Origin: Macrostomum lignano
Lineage: Eukaryota
NCBI GenBank assembly: GCA_002269645.1
Contig: NIVC01000381.1
Coordinates: 1 to 64,000 of the forward strand
Reading direction: 5' to 3'
Length of the DNA: 64,000 nucleotides
Of the stretch, positions 14,071-30,751 are shown piece by piece (positions within the stretch are counted from its first letter, which is position 1; each line of letters begins with the position of its first letter). The notes beneath the pieces are model-generated. The model did no database searches. It was not told the origin of the DNA and saw nothing but the letters and a program-made list of their open reading frames with translations. The translations under genes and the position numbers were made by a program.

Positions 14071-15699
14071 TCGAGAGGGAGACCGCTGGAGTCTCGGTAG
14101 GTACTAAAGCTAAATATGGGCTACCTGCACAGCTGCTACAAGTAGTCACATGTATGTGAATGACGGTTATGGTAGTGATGGAAGTGCAGATGACAGTGAC
14201 TTTTACGATGGCTGGAGAGTCTGGATAAATTTATCCAGACAAAATGCCGGATAGCAGAGCGGCTGTATCATTATGCGCAATAAATTTTGAACTCGTCGGC
14301 TGAATGAATTTTTACACACCATAGTCGAAAAGTCAGCTGGACTGTTATCTTTAAAGAGTAGATCCTTTCCAAACGCACTTTCGCACATCCAGAAAAGCAT
14401 AAATATTTGTTCCAAAACTTTCATGGTTTTCTAATTTAAACTTATCTTTCGATGGCAGTAGTTTTTGCTCATTTTATGATGTGAATATTGTGCGCAATAC
14501 GCTACTCAGAGCAATATGCTGCGCAGATTTGTCTGATATAAACAGGAATTGGAAAAGTTCTGGCTTGGTAACTTTAAACAGAATTTCAATACTCTTGCCT
14601 ATTTTTAATTTCAGTTTTAAAGTTTTACATCAGCAAAGAACGGATTAGTTTGTTCCTGCAAAATTGGCTAACGTTTTAATGGCAAAGAGAAGGAACTTTT
14701 TGATTATATTTATCAAATGGTGTAAATAAATATATGTTTCGAAAAAATGTACCAAAATTAAGCAATAATTACAATATTAGCTATATTATTAGCTATATAT
14801 GAGCCGTATAACAGGGTCTGTTATTTGTTTTTCTCAACTCACTTTTTAAGTCCATATTTTCTAGGAACCATATGGCATTATTCAATATTCATCAAATAGG
14901 ACAATAGGTGAAATTGTAAATCACAATATACTAAATCTCTAAGGTTTGTTTGTTTGTTTGTCCGGTATTCCAGTCTACAGCCTGAATGCCTGAACTTTTT
15001 AGTAATAAAAAGTACAACTTCGTTCCTAGACTAATTTCAGTTAATATTAGAAGAATAGGTCTCTAAAAATACACCCCAATTGGGCACTGCGCCCTACCTA
15101 CGGTCCTACATTTGATTTTCGCATTATTAGATAGTTTCTCTTATTTTTAATTTATCTACATACATATGGCTCCCAAACAAAAATGCCTATAATGTATAGG
15201 TGCAGACAAAAATATTATAATAACCAAATTTTTACTCAACCAAATTTATGTGCAAAGGCCTTTTTTAATGCAAAATTTTAAATGCATTGTTTCACTTTTT
15301 GTTGAGGATTACTGGATTAGCTGTTTTAATTTATACCCCATCCAAAATAGTTGTGATTTATGATTACTATTGTATAGTTGATTTTTAATCATGTCATGAG
15401 TAATCAGAATGAGTCAATTTAATTGTACTTAAAAATTCTGATTGTTTAACAATAACATGTTTTTAATATAGGCAAAAAGACTATGTTTACTATTTATACT
15501 GCTATGCTTTATGTATTGATTTTCCTTTGCACTATAGCAAAGTCTGCAAGTAAATTCAATATTTAATACTAATACATTATGACCATTGACCAATATATTA
15601 TAAATGATCAATCAGTGATAATAAACCCTCTGTGCTAAGCAGGAATCTTAAGAAGATAAAGCTAAATTAAGAAAATTTTTGTATAGCATATTATATAAC

Positions 15700-16982
15700 A
15701 TCTAGACCAGCCTCCTAGATTTTCAATTGCTAGGCTGCCCTCCTGTATCCTCAGTTGCTAGGCCATCCTAGATCAGCAGATTGCTAGGCTAGCTTCCCAG
15801 ATCCTAAGCTACTGGGCCAGCCTCCTAGATCCTCAGTTGCTGGGCTAGCCTCCCAGATCCTCAACTGCTAGGCCAGCTTCCCAAATCCCCAGTTGCTGGG
15901 CCAGCCTCCTAGATCCCTAGTTGCTGGGCCAGCCTCCCAGATCCCCAGTTGCTGGGCTAGCCTCCCAGATCCCCAGTTGCTGGTCCAGCCTCCCAGATCC
16001 CTAGTTGCTGGGCCAGCCTCCCAGATCCCCAGTTGCTGGTCCAGCCTCCCAGATCCTCAGCTGCTGGGCCAGCTTCCCAGATCCTCAACTGCTAGGCCAG
16101 CTTCCCAGATCCTCAACTGCTGGGCCAGCTTCCCAGTCCTCAACTGCTGTGCCAGCTTCCCAGATCCTCAACTGCTAGGCCAGCTTCCCAGATCCTCAAC
16201 TGCTAGGCCAGCTTCCCAGATCCTCAGCTGCTGGGCCAGCTTCCCAGATCCTCAACTGCTAGGCCAGCTTCCCAGATCCTCAACTGCTGGGCCAGCTTCC
16301 CAGATCCTCAGTTGCTGGGCCAGCTTCCCAGATCCCCAGTTGCTGGGCCAGCCTCCCAGATCCTCAACTGCTAGGCCAGCTTCCCAGATCCTCAGTTGCT
16401 GGGCCAGCTTCCCAGATCCCCAGTTGCTGGGCCAGCCTCCCAGATCCTCAGTTGCTGGGCCAGCTTCCCAGATCCCCAGTTGCTGGGCCAGCCTCCCAGA
16501 TCCTCAGTTGCTGGGCCAGCCTCCCAGATCCTCAACTGCTAGGCCAGCTTCCCAGATCCTCAGTTGCTGGGCCAGCTTCCCAGATCCCCAGTTGCTGGGC
16601 CAGCCTCCCAGATCCTCAGTTGCTGGGCCAGCTTCCCAGATCCCCAGTTGCTGGGCCAGCCTCCCAGATCCTCAGTTGCTGGGCCAGCTTCCCAGATCCC
16701 CAGTTGCTGGGCCAGCCTCCCAGATCCTCAACTGCTAGGCCAGCTTCCCAGATCCTCAGTTGCTGGGCCAGCTTCCCAGATCCCCAGTTGCTGGGCCAGC
16801 CTCCTAGATCCTCAGTTGCTGGGCCAGCTTCCCAGATCCCCAGTTGCTGGGCCAGCCTCCCAGATCCTCAGTTGCTGGGCCAGCTTCCCAGATCCTCAGT
16901 TGCTGGGCCAGCCTCCCAGATCCTCAACTGCTGGGCCAGCTTCCCAGATCCTCAGCTGCTGGGCCAGCCTCCCAGATCCTTG
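15700..16982 (+). repeat. 28-bp satellite (GCTGGGCCAGCCTCCCAGATCCTCAGTT)n, array 1
   Basis: Same unit as the arrays at 26705-27256 and 47548-48835 (reverse complement). Confidence 0.95.
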
Positions 16983-17302
16983 AGCTAAAGGAATTTATTT
17001 GAAGTCTAGCTCTTTCTATATTGAACTGTTGCAGCAGGTGCTTTACTTAAGTTTATATAGGCTCGTATCTTTTCTTCAAAGTGAAATGAATCATCAGAAC
17101 TAGTGTTATCCAGTAACTGGTTCACTGAGTCCTAGATCGACTTGAAAAACACCTGCTTCTATTAGTTCTTATTGTTTATTACATTAACTTCAATAATTGT
17201 GCGCACATATTTCAGAGCGTTTCTAGCATCTAGATCTTGGCCCAGCAGTTGCCTATATAAAGATTTCAACAATTGACAGCATTGACTAAATAACTCGGGC
17301 CC

Positions 17303-21239
<3,937 letters not shown>

Positions 21240-23178
21240 CATTTAAGCAAGCAATTACTTTTATGTTTTAGTAATTTTTAAACAATAAATTTAACGAAAT
21301 CTTTTATAATTTAGTTTAGAACATTTTTTAAAATGCAAATAAATTTGTGATGATATTTCTGACGTTTAACTATTTTATTTTGGTTTTAGTAGCAGTTTTA
21401 ATTTGTGATTAACTTCAGCGTTTTTGCGCCTCTGCATGCAGAAATTTATGTAGTTCTTAATAGTTCTTTAAACCCAATAGCAATAAAATCTCAATTTAAC
21501 TTAACTTTAATTTTGTTTTAATTTTGCTTATATGTTTTTGTTCCTATTTGTTTTAATTGTCTTCCAATTGACTAAACTTTGACGATAAATATATATAAAA
21601 GATATCAATAATCGATAATCCTAGATTAGCATCAAATTACTAGATTCTAATATTTAAATGATAATTCATTTTCATACTAAAGCACACTTTTCCACGACAT
21701 AGTTCAAACATTTTTGTGCTATTTTGAATTTTTTAAACTTAGTTTCGTAATTTCAGCAAATGGTATCCATAGCAGTTTGTAAATGCTGCTTGTTTTGAAG
21801 TTAGAATTTTTCAAGTTTTGTTACTATTATAAAACTTTGACAGCGAATACATTTTGACAAATTTTAATTATAAAAAGTATCATTTTACTCTAAACCGGCT
21901 TTTCCACGTAATTTTTTTCTACATCTAGCGCTTGAATTAAATGTTGAATTATATTGTGCCAGGCTTATATGGTGCTTATAAAATTTATTGCACTTATTCC
22001 ATTCTGCTTATCTGTTTGTTTAGTTTTTTATAATAGTTTTTATAATTATATCGTGCTACTTTCTTGCTGTGCAAAATACATAAATTCACTGCTTCTTCGT
22101 GTTTACAACCAATCAATTTTAATTTCAAAGTTTTTGAAAAAAAGACCTTAACAAGACATTTCTTCTTGTACCTTTATTTATAAAATAGTTAGACCTTTGT
22201 GGAGGCTGAATTCATACATTCAAAAGTCCTAAAGCACTACCAGACAAGTAGTTTCATCAGTAACAAACTAACGCATTTTATGAATACAATAGAATTAATT
22301 ATAAAGCAATTAAAACTGGATAAAATGTTTAATAATATAATAAAATGTTTAAGCATGAAAACTGTGGCGAAAATCGATTTAATTTGAATCGGATATGCAT
22401 CAGTCGAAAGTGATTAAATGCCGTATTTGCTGTCGTCACATCCACTTATCTTTTTCGTTTATGAAAATAAAAAATGAGGCGATTTAATTTCGAGTTCTGC
22501 AATAAACTAGAAATTGAGATACATAAAATTTAATATTTTGATCAAATTGTGGAGCAATAGAATTCAGAAAAAATGTTGATTTGTTATAATACGCAAAACA
22601 AAAAACAGAAAGTTAATTGTTACCAACTTTAGTAACATTGTGGGACTGATATTTCTAATAGACATAAATTCGACTACAGCCAGAGAACTACAGGTAGGTC
22701 ACAAAAAATTAAAATAAATAATTACAGCTATTTAAAGGTTTCAAATTTATGTGAAAGTGTAGTTGAAATTCTGCGAGTCAGCGCGGCAATTCCAAATTGA
22801 AACTTTATAAATAGCAAAGGATGCACTAAATTTAAACTAGTTAATTAAAACAAACTATACAGAAAATACTCTAATTTCTTTATCAAGGAAGAAATTCACT
22901 TTTTTCATTAATACTCTAACTAGGAAATTTCCATTTTATATACATGGAATTTTACCTAAAATGGTAATGATTTTGCTAGCCTAATATCGACGAATTGCTG
23001 TATTTTAATGAACCCTAGACATGGGATTTCAATTACAACCATGATTTGTCTTATATATGAGAGTGATCCTACATACGGGATCAATCTTTAGATACAGGAT
23101 TTCCCTTCAATACGAGATTCTCCTATCATATTTGATTAGGTTTTTCTTTAAATTAGGTCGGATGCATGTCCTTTACGT

Positions 23179-26100
23179 TCAGATCTCGGCGTAGGTCCCA
23201 TAGCCGCCTAGGCGCATTCTTCGCATCCGATAAACGTCGAACGGTACGAGTCGTTTAGCGAACGCGACAACGGCAATCAGGCTGAGTAGGACGAGGCCTG
23301 AGCTGGTTAGAAAAGAGGCTTGCGGTCCGTAGCCGGAGAATAGAAGGCTCACCACTATGGGGCCGATGCAGCGAGCCAAGCTGCCCCCGCCTGTGAGGAG
23401 GCCCATCCACACGCCCTGTGTGTTTAAATGAGGTCATATATCTCTGTCTATGACTCATAAGTGTACAGATTGTTTAAATGAGGTCATATATCTCTGTCTA
23501 TGACTCATAAGTGTACAGATTGTTTAAATGAGGTCATATATCTCTGTCTATGACTCATGAGTGTACAGATTGCTCAAATGAGGTCATATCTCTGTCTATG
23601 ACTCATGAGTGTACAGATTGCTCAAATGAGGTCATATCTCTGTCTATGACTCATGAGTGTACAGATTGCTCAAATGAGGTCATATCTCTGTCTATGACTC
23701 ATGAGTGTACAGATTGTTTAAATGAGGTCATATCTCTGTCTATGACTCATCTATAAATTATCACTCACTTGTCGAATTTGGCCAAGAATTTTCGTGAGCA
23801 CGGAGGGCGCCAGCACTATGGCGATAGGATAGCCAACTGAGTGCACAGCGATGGCCAGAATTGCCAGGGGCAGTTTCACCGCAGGCACTCGGTAGCACCA
23901 GGGCAGAGCTGGCGAGCAGCCGCCTGAGTGGTCCTCGACTCGAATCGGCAGGCCGGCGCTGCCGTCGCTGGCGGTGCCGTTGACGATGAAGTAGGAGCTC
24001 AGCGGGGCCGGCAGTCCGACCCACGGGGTCAGCAGCATGAAGGCCGCGAAGGTCAGGGTCAGGGCGGCCACTATCAGATCGTTCTCCGTCAGGCTGGGTG
24101 GGGAAGGGGTGGCTGCTGATCTATCAGCTGATCTTTTGCTGATCCATCTGCTACTCTATCTGCTGATCTATCTACTGATCTATCTGCTGATCTATCTACT
24201 GATCTATCTGCTGATCTATCTACTGATCTATCTGCTGATCTATCTACTGATCTATCTGCTGATCTATCTGCTACTCTATCAGCTGATCTATCTACTGATC
24301 TATCTGCTGATCTATCTACTGATCTATCTGCTGATCTATCTACTGATCTATCTGCTGATCTATCTACTGATCTATCTACTGATCTATCTGCTGATCTATC
24401 TACTGATCTATCTGCTGATCTATCTGCTACTCTATCAGCTGATCTATCTGCTGCTCTATTTGCTGATCTATCTGCACATATCTATCTGCTGATCTATCTG
24501 CACATATCTATCTGCTGATATATCTGCTGATCCATCTGCTGAACTATCTGCTGATCTATCTGCACATATCTATCTGCTGATCTATCTGCTACTCTATCAG
24601 CCAATCTATCTACTGATCTATCAGCTGATCTATCTGCTGCTCTATTTGCTGATCTATCTGCCGATCTATCTGCCGATCTATCTGCTGATCTATCTGCACA
24701 TATCTATCTGCACATATCTATCTGCTGATCTATCTGCTGATCTATCTGCACATATCTATCTGCTGATCTATCTGCACATATCTATTTACTGATCTATCTG
24801 CACATATCTATCTGCTGATCTATCTACTGATCTATCTACTGATCTATCTGCTGATCTATCTACTGATCTATCTGCTGATCTATCTGCTACTCTATCAGCT
24901 GATCTATCTGCTGCTCTATTTGCTGATCTATCTGCACATATCTATCTGCTGATCTATCTGCACATATCTATCTGCTGATATATCTGCTGATCCATCTGCT
25001 GAACTATCTGCTGATCTATCTGCACATATCTATCTGCTGATCTATCTGCTACTCTATCAGCCAATCTATCTACTGATCTATCAGCTGATCTATCTGCTGC
25101 TCTATTTGCTGATCTATCTGCCGATCTATCTGCCGATCTATCTGCTGATCTATCTGCACATATCTATCTGCACATATCTATCTGCTGATCTATCTGCTGA
25201 TCTATCTGCACATATCTATCTGCTGATCTATCTGCACATATCTATCTGCTGATCTATCTGCACATATCTATCTGCTGATCTATCTGCTGATCTATCTGCA
25301 CATATCTATCTGCTGATCTATCTGCACATATCTATCTACTGATCTATCTGCTGATCCATCTGCTGAACTATCTGCTGATCTATCTGCACATATCTATCTG
25401 CTGATCTATCTGCACATATCTATCTGCTGATCTATCTGCACATATCTATCTGCTGATCTATCTGCACATATCTATCTGCTGATCTATCTGCTGATCTATC
25501 TGCACATATCTATCTGCTGATCTATCTGCACATATCTATCTACTGATCTATCTGCTGATCCATCTGCTGAACTATCTGCTGATCTATCTGCACATATCTA
25601 TCTGCTGATCTATCTGCACATATCTATCTGCTGATCTATCTGCACATATCTATCTGCTGATCTATCTGCACATATCTATCTACTGATCTATCTGCTGATC
25701 CATCTGCTGATCCATCTGCTGAACTATCTGCTGATCTATCTGCACATATCTATCTGCTGATCTATCTGCACATATCTATCTGCTGATCTATCTGCACATA
25801 TCTATCTGCTGATCTATCTGCACATATCTATCTGCTGATCTATCTGCACATATCTATCTGCTGATCTATCTGCACATATCTATCTACTGATCTATCTGCT
25901 GATCCATCTGCTGAACTATCTGCTGATCTATCTGCACATATCTATCTGCTGATCTATCTGCACATATCTATCTGCTGATCTATCTGCTGATCCATCTGCT
26001 GAACTATCTGCTGATCTATCTGCACATATCTATCTATCAATCAATTTATCTCGCCACTCACATTTTAGTCCAGCACCTAATAGATATAAAAGACACCATG

Positions 26101-28855
26101 GAGATGAAGCCGCAGACGGCCAGAGCGATGCCATTGTACAGCGATGCCTGCTCCTTATTCCAGGCGAACATGACCTGGCTCAGCGGGGTCATGATACTGC
26201 AATGCAGAAGTGAAAGCGGTGCAGCTACAGGCAGAATGCCAAAAATCTGAGATAAGACGTATTGCCAAAATGAAACTCCTACTATACTGACAGTCAAAGT
26301 TCATATCAATAATTAAAGTCCATAGGCTTAACTGGCTTATCTAAAAAAATGTTTTTTTAATCTAGTCTTGCCTTCGCCTTAATGCAATTTCAGTTAGCAA
26401 TATATGGTGTAAAAGCAATGATTGCAATGAATATTCTTGAGGTTTTGTTGAACTCAGAGCACAGAAAATTCACAGAATATTTTACGGGCAATTTTGCTCC
26501 TCTAAAAACCATAAACTCACGTTTCCAGCGTTGAAAAATTGAAAAACAGAACGCAGAACGTGAAGATGCAGATGAGGGCAGCCAAAGTGTCCGGCTTGGT
26601 CTGGCTGTCTGTCTGCTGATGCTGGAGTTGTTCAGCTGCATCCGAGTCTGCAATGAGATGGCGCTTCCAGTGATGAAGAAGTTTGAAGATCGCATCTAGG
26701 ACTAGGAGTCTGGGAGACTGAGGATCGGGGAGGCCCAGCAACTAAAGATCTGAGAGGGTGGTGACACAGCAACTGAGGATCTGGGATTGTGGCCCAGCAA
26801 CTGAGGATCTGGGAGGCTGGCCCAGCAACTGAGGATCTGGGAGGCTGGCCCAGCAACTGAGGATCTGGGAGGCTGGCCCAGCAACTGAGGATCTGGGAAG
26901 CTGGCCCAACAACTGAGGATCTGGGAGGCTGGCCAAGCAACTGAGGATCTGGGAGGCTGGCCCAGCAACTGAGGATCTGGGAAGCTGGCCCAGCAACTGA
27001 GGATCTGGGAAGCTGGCCCAACAACTGAGGATCTGGGAGGCTGGCCAAGCAACTGAGGATCTGGGAGGCTGGCCCAGCAACTGAGGATCTGGGAAGCTGG
27101 CCCAGCAACTGAGGATCTGGGAAGCTGGCCCAGCAACTGAGGATCTGGGAGGCTGGCCAAGCAACTGACACTCTGGGAGGCTGGCCCAGCAACTGAGGAT
27201 CTGGGCGGCTGGGCCAGCAACTGACACTCTGGGAGGCTGGCCCAGCAACTGGGGATCTTTTTGCTGTGGTAAAAAATGAAGTCGATAATATCAACGACAG
27301 CAAACAACCGCAAAGCACTGATAAAAACTCACTGATGCTAGCCGGATTAGCCAAAGATCTGTCCATCGTGTCAGTCTCGAAAAAGAACTCTTTGAAGAAG
27401 ACAGCAATCAAAACGATGTTTCCGATAGCTGTAATTGAAAGTGAAAATGAAAGAATATACAATTTTAATTAGTGAGAGGGGCACAGGGGAGAGTTAGAAG
27501 CGGTTCAGAGGATGAGCTCACCCATGAGAAAGGACAGCAGCCCGGCAGAGGTGTACATGTTGATCTGTAGCGCAGCGCCATGCACAGGGCCAGGATAGCT
27601 CAGTAGCGTGAATACAGCCTGCACCGCAGGGCCAACAATAAACCCCAGCGACTGGCAGATGGACACTTTGGCCATCACTTCAGTGCGCTCGGCCACCGTG
27701 GTGGCGCCAGACACGAAACTTCTAATCACGGCGCCATTTCCAGCGCCGAGACCAATGACAAAGCGGGACACTAATAGTACAAATCTGCGATTGGTTGGGA
27801 ATATGTGTACATAAGCGTATAGAGCGCTGCCAAATAGGCTGATCACTAGGGAGATTAGAATAGGGATTCTGGCCTGCTTCATCACGTTGAATAGCAAGCC
27901 AAGGATTGGGCTGGCAATCAGTTGGCCCAAGCTGAAGGCAGCAACCACCCAGCCTAGGAAGGCTTCATTTGATTCAGTGTCCACCTGTTTGAAAGTGAAA
28001 ATTCATGCATTATTATGATTTGCTGAGTTAATTTAATAATTTGAACCAGTGCCTATCTAAAACAAACCTAATTTAACTAAATATAAAATCTTTGAACTTT
28101 GGTTGATTAATAAAAAATAATAGTACACACAAAGATAATTTAGAATAAAAGGTTAGAATTTATTATTGTATATTAAAACACTGCCTCTGTAACTGATTTT
28201 GGAGCATCTTATTAGAAATAAAGTCAAACTCTAGCATTTTTGTCTTATATAAATATCATTGATTTTAAATTAAAATTAAAACTTATTTTTTATTAAGTTA
28301 TAATAAATATTTTGTAATTGTCAGTCTTTTCTAACATGAAATAATAAAATATAAACTTTATAATATTTTGATCCAAATAAAATAACACAAAAATTTAAAG
28401 ATTCTTTAACTTACCTGTTGCAGATATGGCCAAATTGAAGACAAACAAATTGAAAAACCCAAGCTAGATATAAAGAATGTCAAGTAACAAAGTCTAATCG
28501 ACTTCCACCTGTAGATTTCATCAGCTGGACTCCTGTTGATTGACACTGATCTAAAAAAAACAATTGTTAAGTTAAAAGCTTTACAGAACAAGTTTGTTCT
28601 TTATTTACAGACATGTAGGTCATTTTAGCATACTCTCCAAGATAATACTCAAAAAGACTAAAAAAATACATGGATAGCATAGGGTTTTATAGTTTTTTAT
28701 TCTTATACTACTACTTTTTTAATCAAAAAAGGAAACATTAACCTGTACGAAACTTACGAATTGCTTTCATTCTGGAGTGCAGCTGAAGTAGCATCAGAAT
28801 ACACACCAGCCAGCAATGGCGAATCTTCCTCGTCTTCATTAATTCGAATTGACAT
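23179..28855 (-). CDS. MFSD8: MFS transporter, MFSD8/CLN7-like; 8 exons: 28855-28758, 28550-28415, 27984-27522, 27428-27333, 26695-26521, 26196-26062, 24093-23769, 23415-23179 (~554 aa)
   Basis: Seven GT-AG introns with consistent phases give one open frame. MFSD8-like motifs: [57 protein letters not shown]...[49 protein letters not shown]. An acidic-dileucine-like EEDSPLL lies near the N-terminus. Confidence 0.9.
23420..23752. repeat. 46-48-bp minisatellite filling MFSD8 intron 7
   Basis: About 7 units of AAATGAGGTCATAT(AT)CTCTGTCTATGACTCAT(G/A)AGTGTACAGATTG. Confidence 0.95.
24112..26037. repeat. GCTGATCTATCT / GCACATATCTATCT compound minisatellite filling MFSD8 intron 6
   Basis: Directly visible; includes a ~460-bp internal duplication. 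Confidence 0.95.
26705..27256 (-). repeat. 28-bp satellite, array 2 (MFSD8 intron 4)
   Basis: Reverse complement of the array 1 unit. Confidence 0.95.
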
Positions 28856-29327
28856 ATTTATCTAGCTGCCTTGTACTGTGTTCACGCTGAAATAAAATTA
28901 TGTGCTTTAGTCGGTTTTATTCCTCACCAGTTCCTACACTACAGTCATGAGTCGCACTCACAGGCAAACAAGTGATTATGATTTATCAGAATATGAAGTC
29001 GTCTTTATTTTATAAAAAATGTACATTGTCTATTGACCTGGCAAGTTAAATTATGTTGTCGTGCACGAAATCCTTTGAGTTTATTGCCCATATCCTATAT
29101 TTTTGTGTACTAAAAAATTTAAGTTTATTAAATTAACATTTTTACCGCTATTCCTTAAATAAGAAAGCTTAAATTGTAGTGAATTTGTTTTACCGTTTTT
29201 GTTTCGGTACGTCGCAGGTTTTTAACTTTTTCAATATTTTTGAGAGAGTTTCAAATTTTTATACATGGAGCTCTAATTTCAAAAGTGGCTACTGTAAGCA
29301 ATCTGATCAGCAACTTTTTTGAAGCTA

Positions 29328-29388
29328 TTAAACCAGTGAGACGAAGTCAAGGCAGTTGGCACGAGAGGCGCAGGTTCGAGCCTGGCCC
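29328..29388 (-). repeat. Split direct repeat B2 (3' end of the retrotransposon)
   Basis: Exact 61-bp copy of 29651-29711. Confidence 0.93.
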
Positions 29389-29471
29389 TATTGTACGAGT
29401 ATTCGAGCGTATTTATTAACTTTAATTTACCGGACTTAAAAGCCAAATAAAAACCTTGGAGACTTAAAAGC

Positions 29472-29711
29472 GAGAAAAAAAATCAATACGCGCTTGGCAG
29501 GTCAGCGACAGCCCGCACCGTATTAAATAAACGCCACCCAGGCCGCGGGCACGTGACCAAGGCCCGGCCCACCACCCCCCCCCCGCACCAACGCACAAGA
29601 GCCACGCCCCACTGGTTTAACACCCAACCAAGCTACGCCCGGTCGGACCATTAAACCAGTGAGACGAAGTCAAGGCAGTTGGCACGAGAGGCGCAGGTTC
29701 GAGCCTGGCCC
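29472..29711 (-). repeat. Adjacent B1 (29711-29651) and A2 (29650-29472) repeats
   Basis: The junction GGTTTAA-T-GGTCC joins the element's 3'-end sequence to its 5'-end sequence. Confidence 0.93.
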
Positions 29712-29753
29712 AACCCAAACCAGAAAGTTCGACATAGAGAGAGAGAGAGAGAG

Positions 29754-30751
29754 TTAGAGCGCGCCAACCCGACGAGCCAAGCCATGCACAGCCGCCCTGG
29801 CATCCGAGTCCCGAGCAGATAGATAGCGAAACACTGAGTTGCCCTTCCAGTCGCCCAGCTTCTTGATCATCGGCAGTGGAACACCGAGCTGCATGGCTGC
29901 CGTAGCGCCGCCCCGCCGCAGCCCGTGGCCAGTGAACTCGCGTGGCGACAAACCCGCCGATGTGCAGAGCGAACGAAGCCGGCTATCAAACCTGCTAGCC
30001 GTCAGAGGCAACCATCCCGCGGACGACCACGTGGAGAACAGGTGAACCGGACGCGGCGCCTGGCCGATTCGGTTTGTCCGTAGCTGCCGCTCGAGCGCAC
30101 GGAACGTGCACAGGACACCCAAGCTTCCATCAGGCAGTTTCGGAAGAAACACTCGCTGAACTCGATCGCCAAACTGGTTGGTCTTCGAATGCCGCACAGT
30201 GAGCTCACAGTCGTACTCTGAGAAGACGATGCTTGATGCCGCCAGGTCGCACCACAGATCGAGCTGCCCCGATTGCGTCGTCACATTCGCTTTTCGCAGC
30301 ATACCCCACCAGGCTGCCAGAACTGCTGCCCAGAACGCGATGTCACTCTTCAGACGTTGGTCCAGGTGGGCGTGTAGCTTGAGGAGATCCGCGACTCTGA
30401 ATGGCTCCCTTGAGCGCTGCTGCCGACTGAGACACCGGCGAAGACCACGAACCAGCTTAACCATCGGCGACTCGCACGGGTCCGACCGGCCGAGAGCTCT
30501 GAAGTACAGCGAGACCGCGTTAGCATACGCCTGGCAACTCCGAAAGGCTGACAGCCGGGTGGACAGCTCGGCCAGGTATTCAGCCACGTGCACAGGCTCT
30601 GCCCGCAGCGGCGTCAGGTGCCGTGAATTGCAAAATCGCAGCCAAGACGCGAGCTGCGACCGGTAACTCCGCTTCGTGCGGGGCGCGTAGGCATTGCCCA
30701 GGATAAACGCGCAACGCTTGCTGAGGCGGTCGGGAGTCTGGCGCGGAGGGC
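29754..30751 (-). CDS. Retrotransposon ORF3: tyrosine recombinase (integrase), overlapping the RNase H 3' end; no in-frame ATG ahead of the N-terminal domain
   Basis: Catalytic residues R (GMLRKAN), K (HSKTNQ), HxxR (GHGLRRGG), W (LGDW) and Y (RYL). The frame stays open upstream of the track start at 30593, reading AYAPRTKRSYRSQLASWLRFC, the usual DIRS YR N-terminal helix. Confidence 0.9.
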
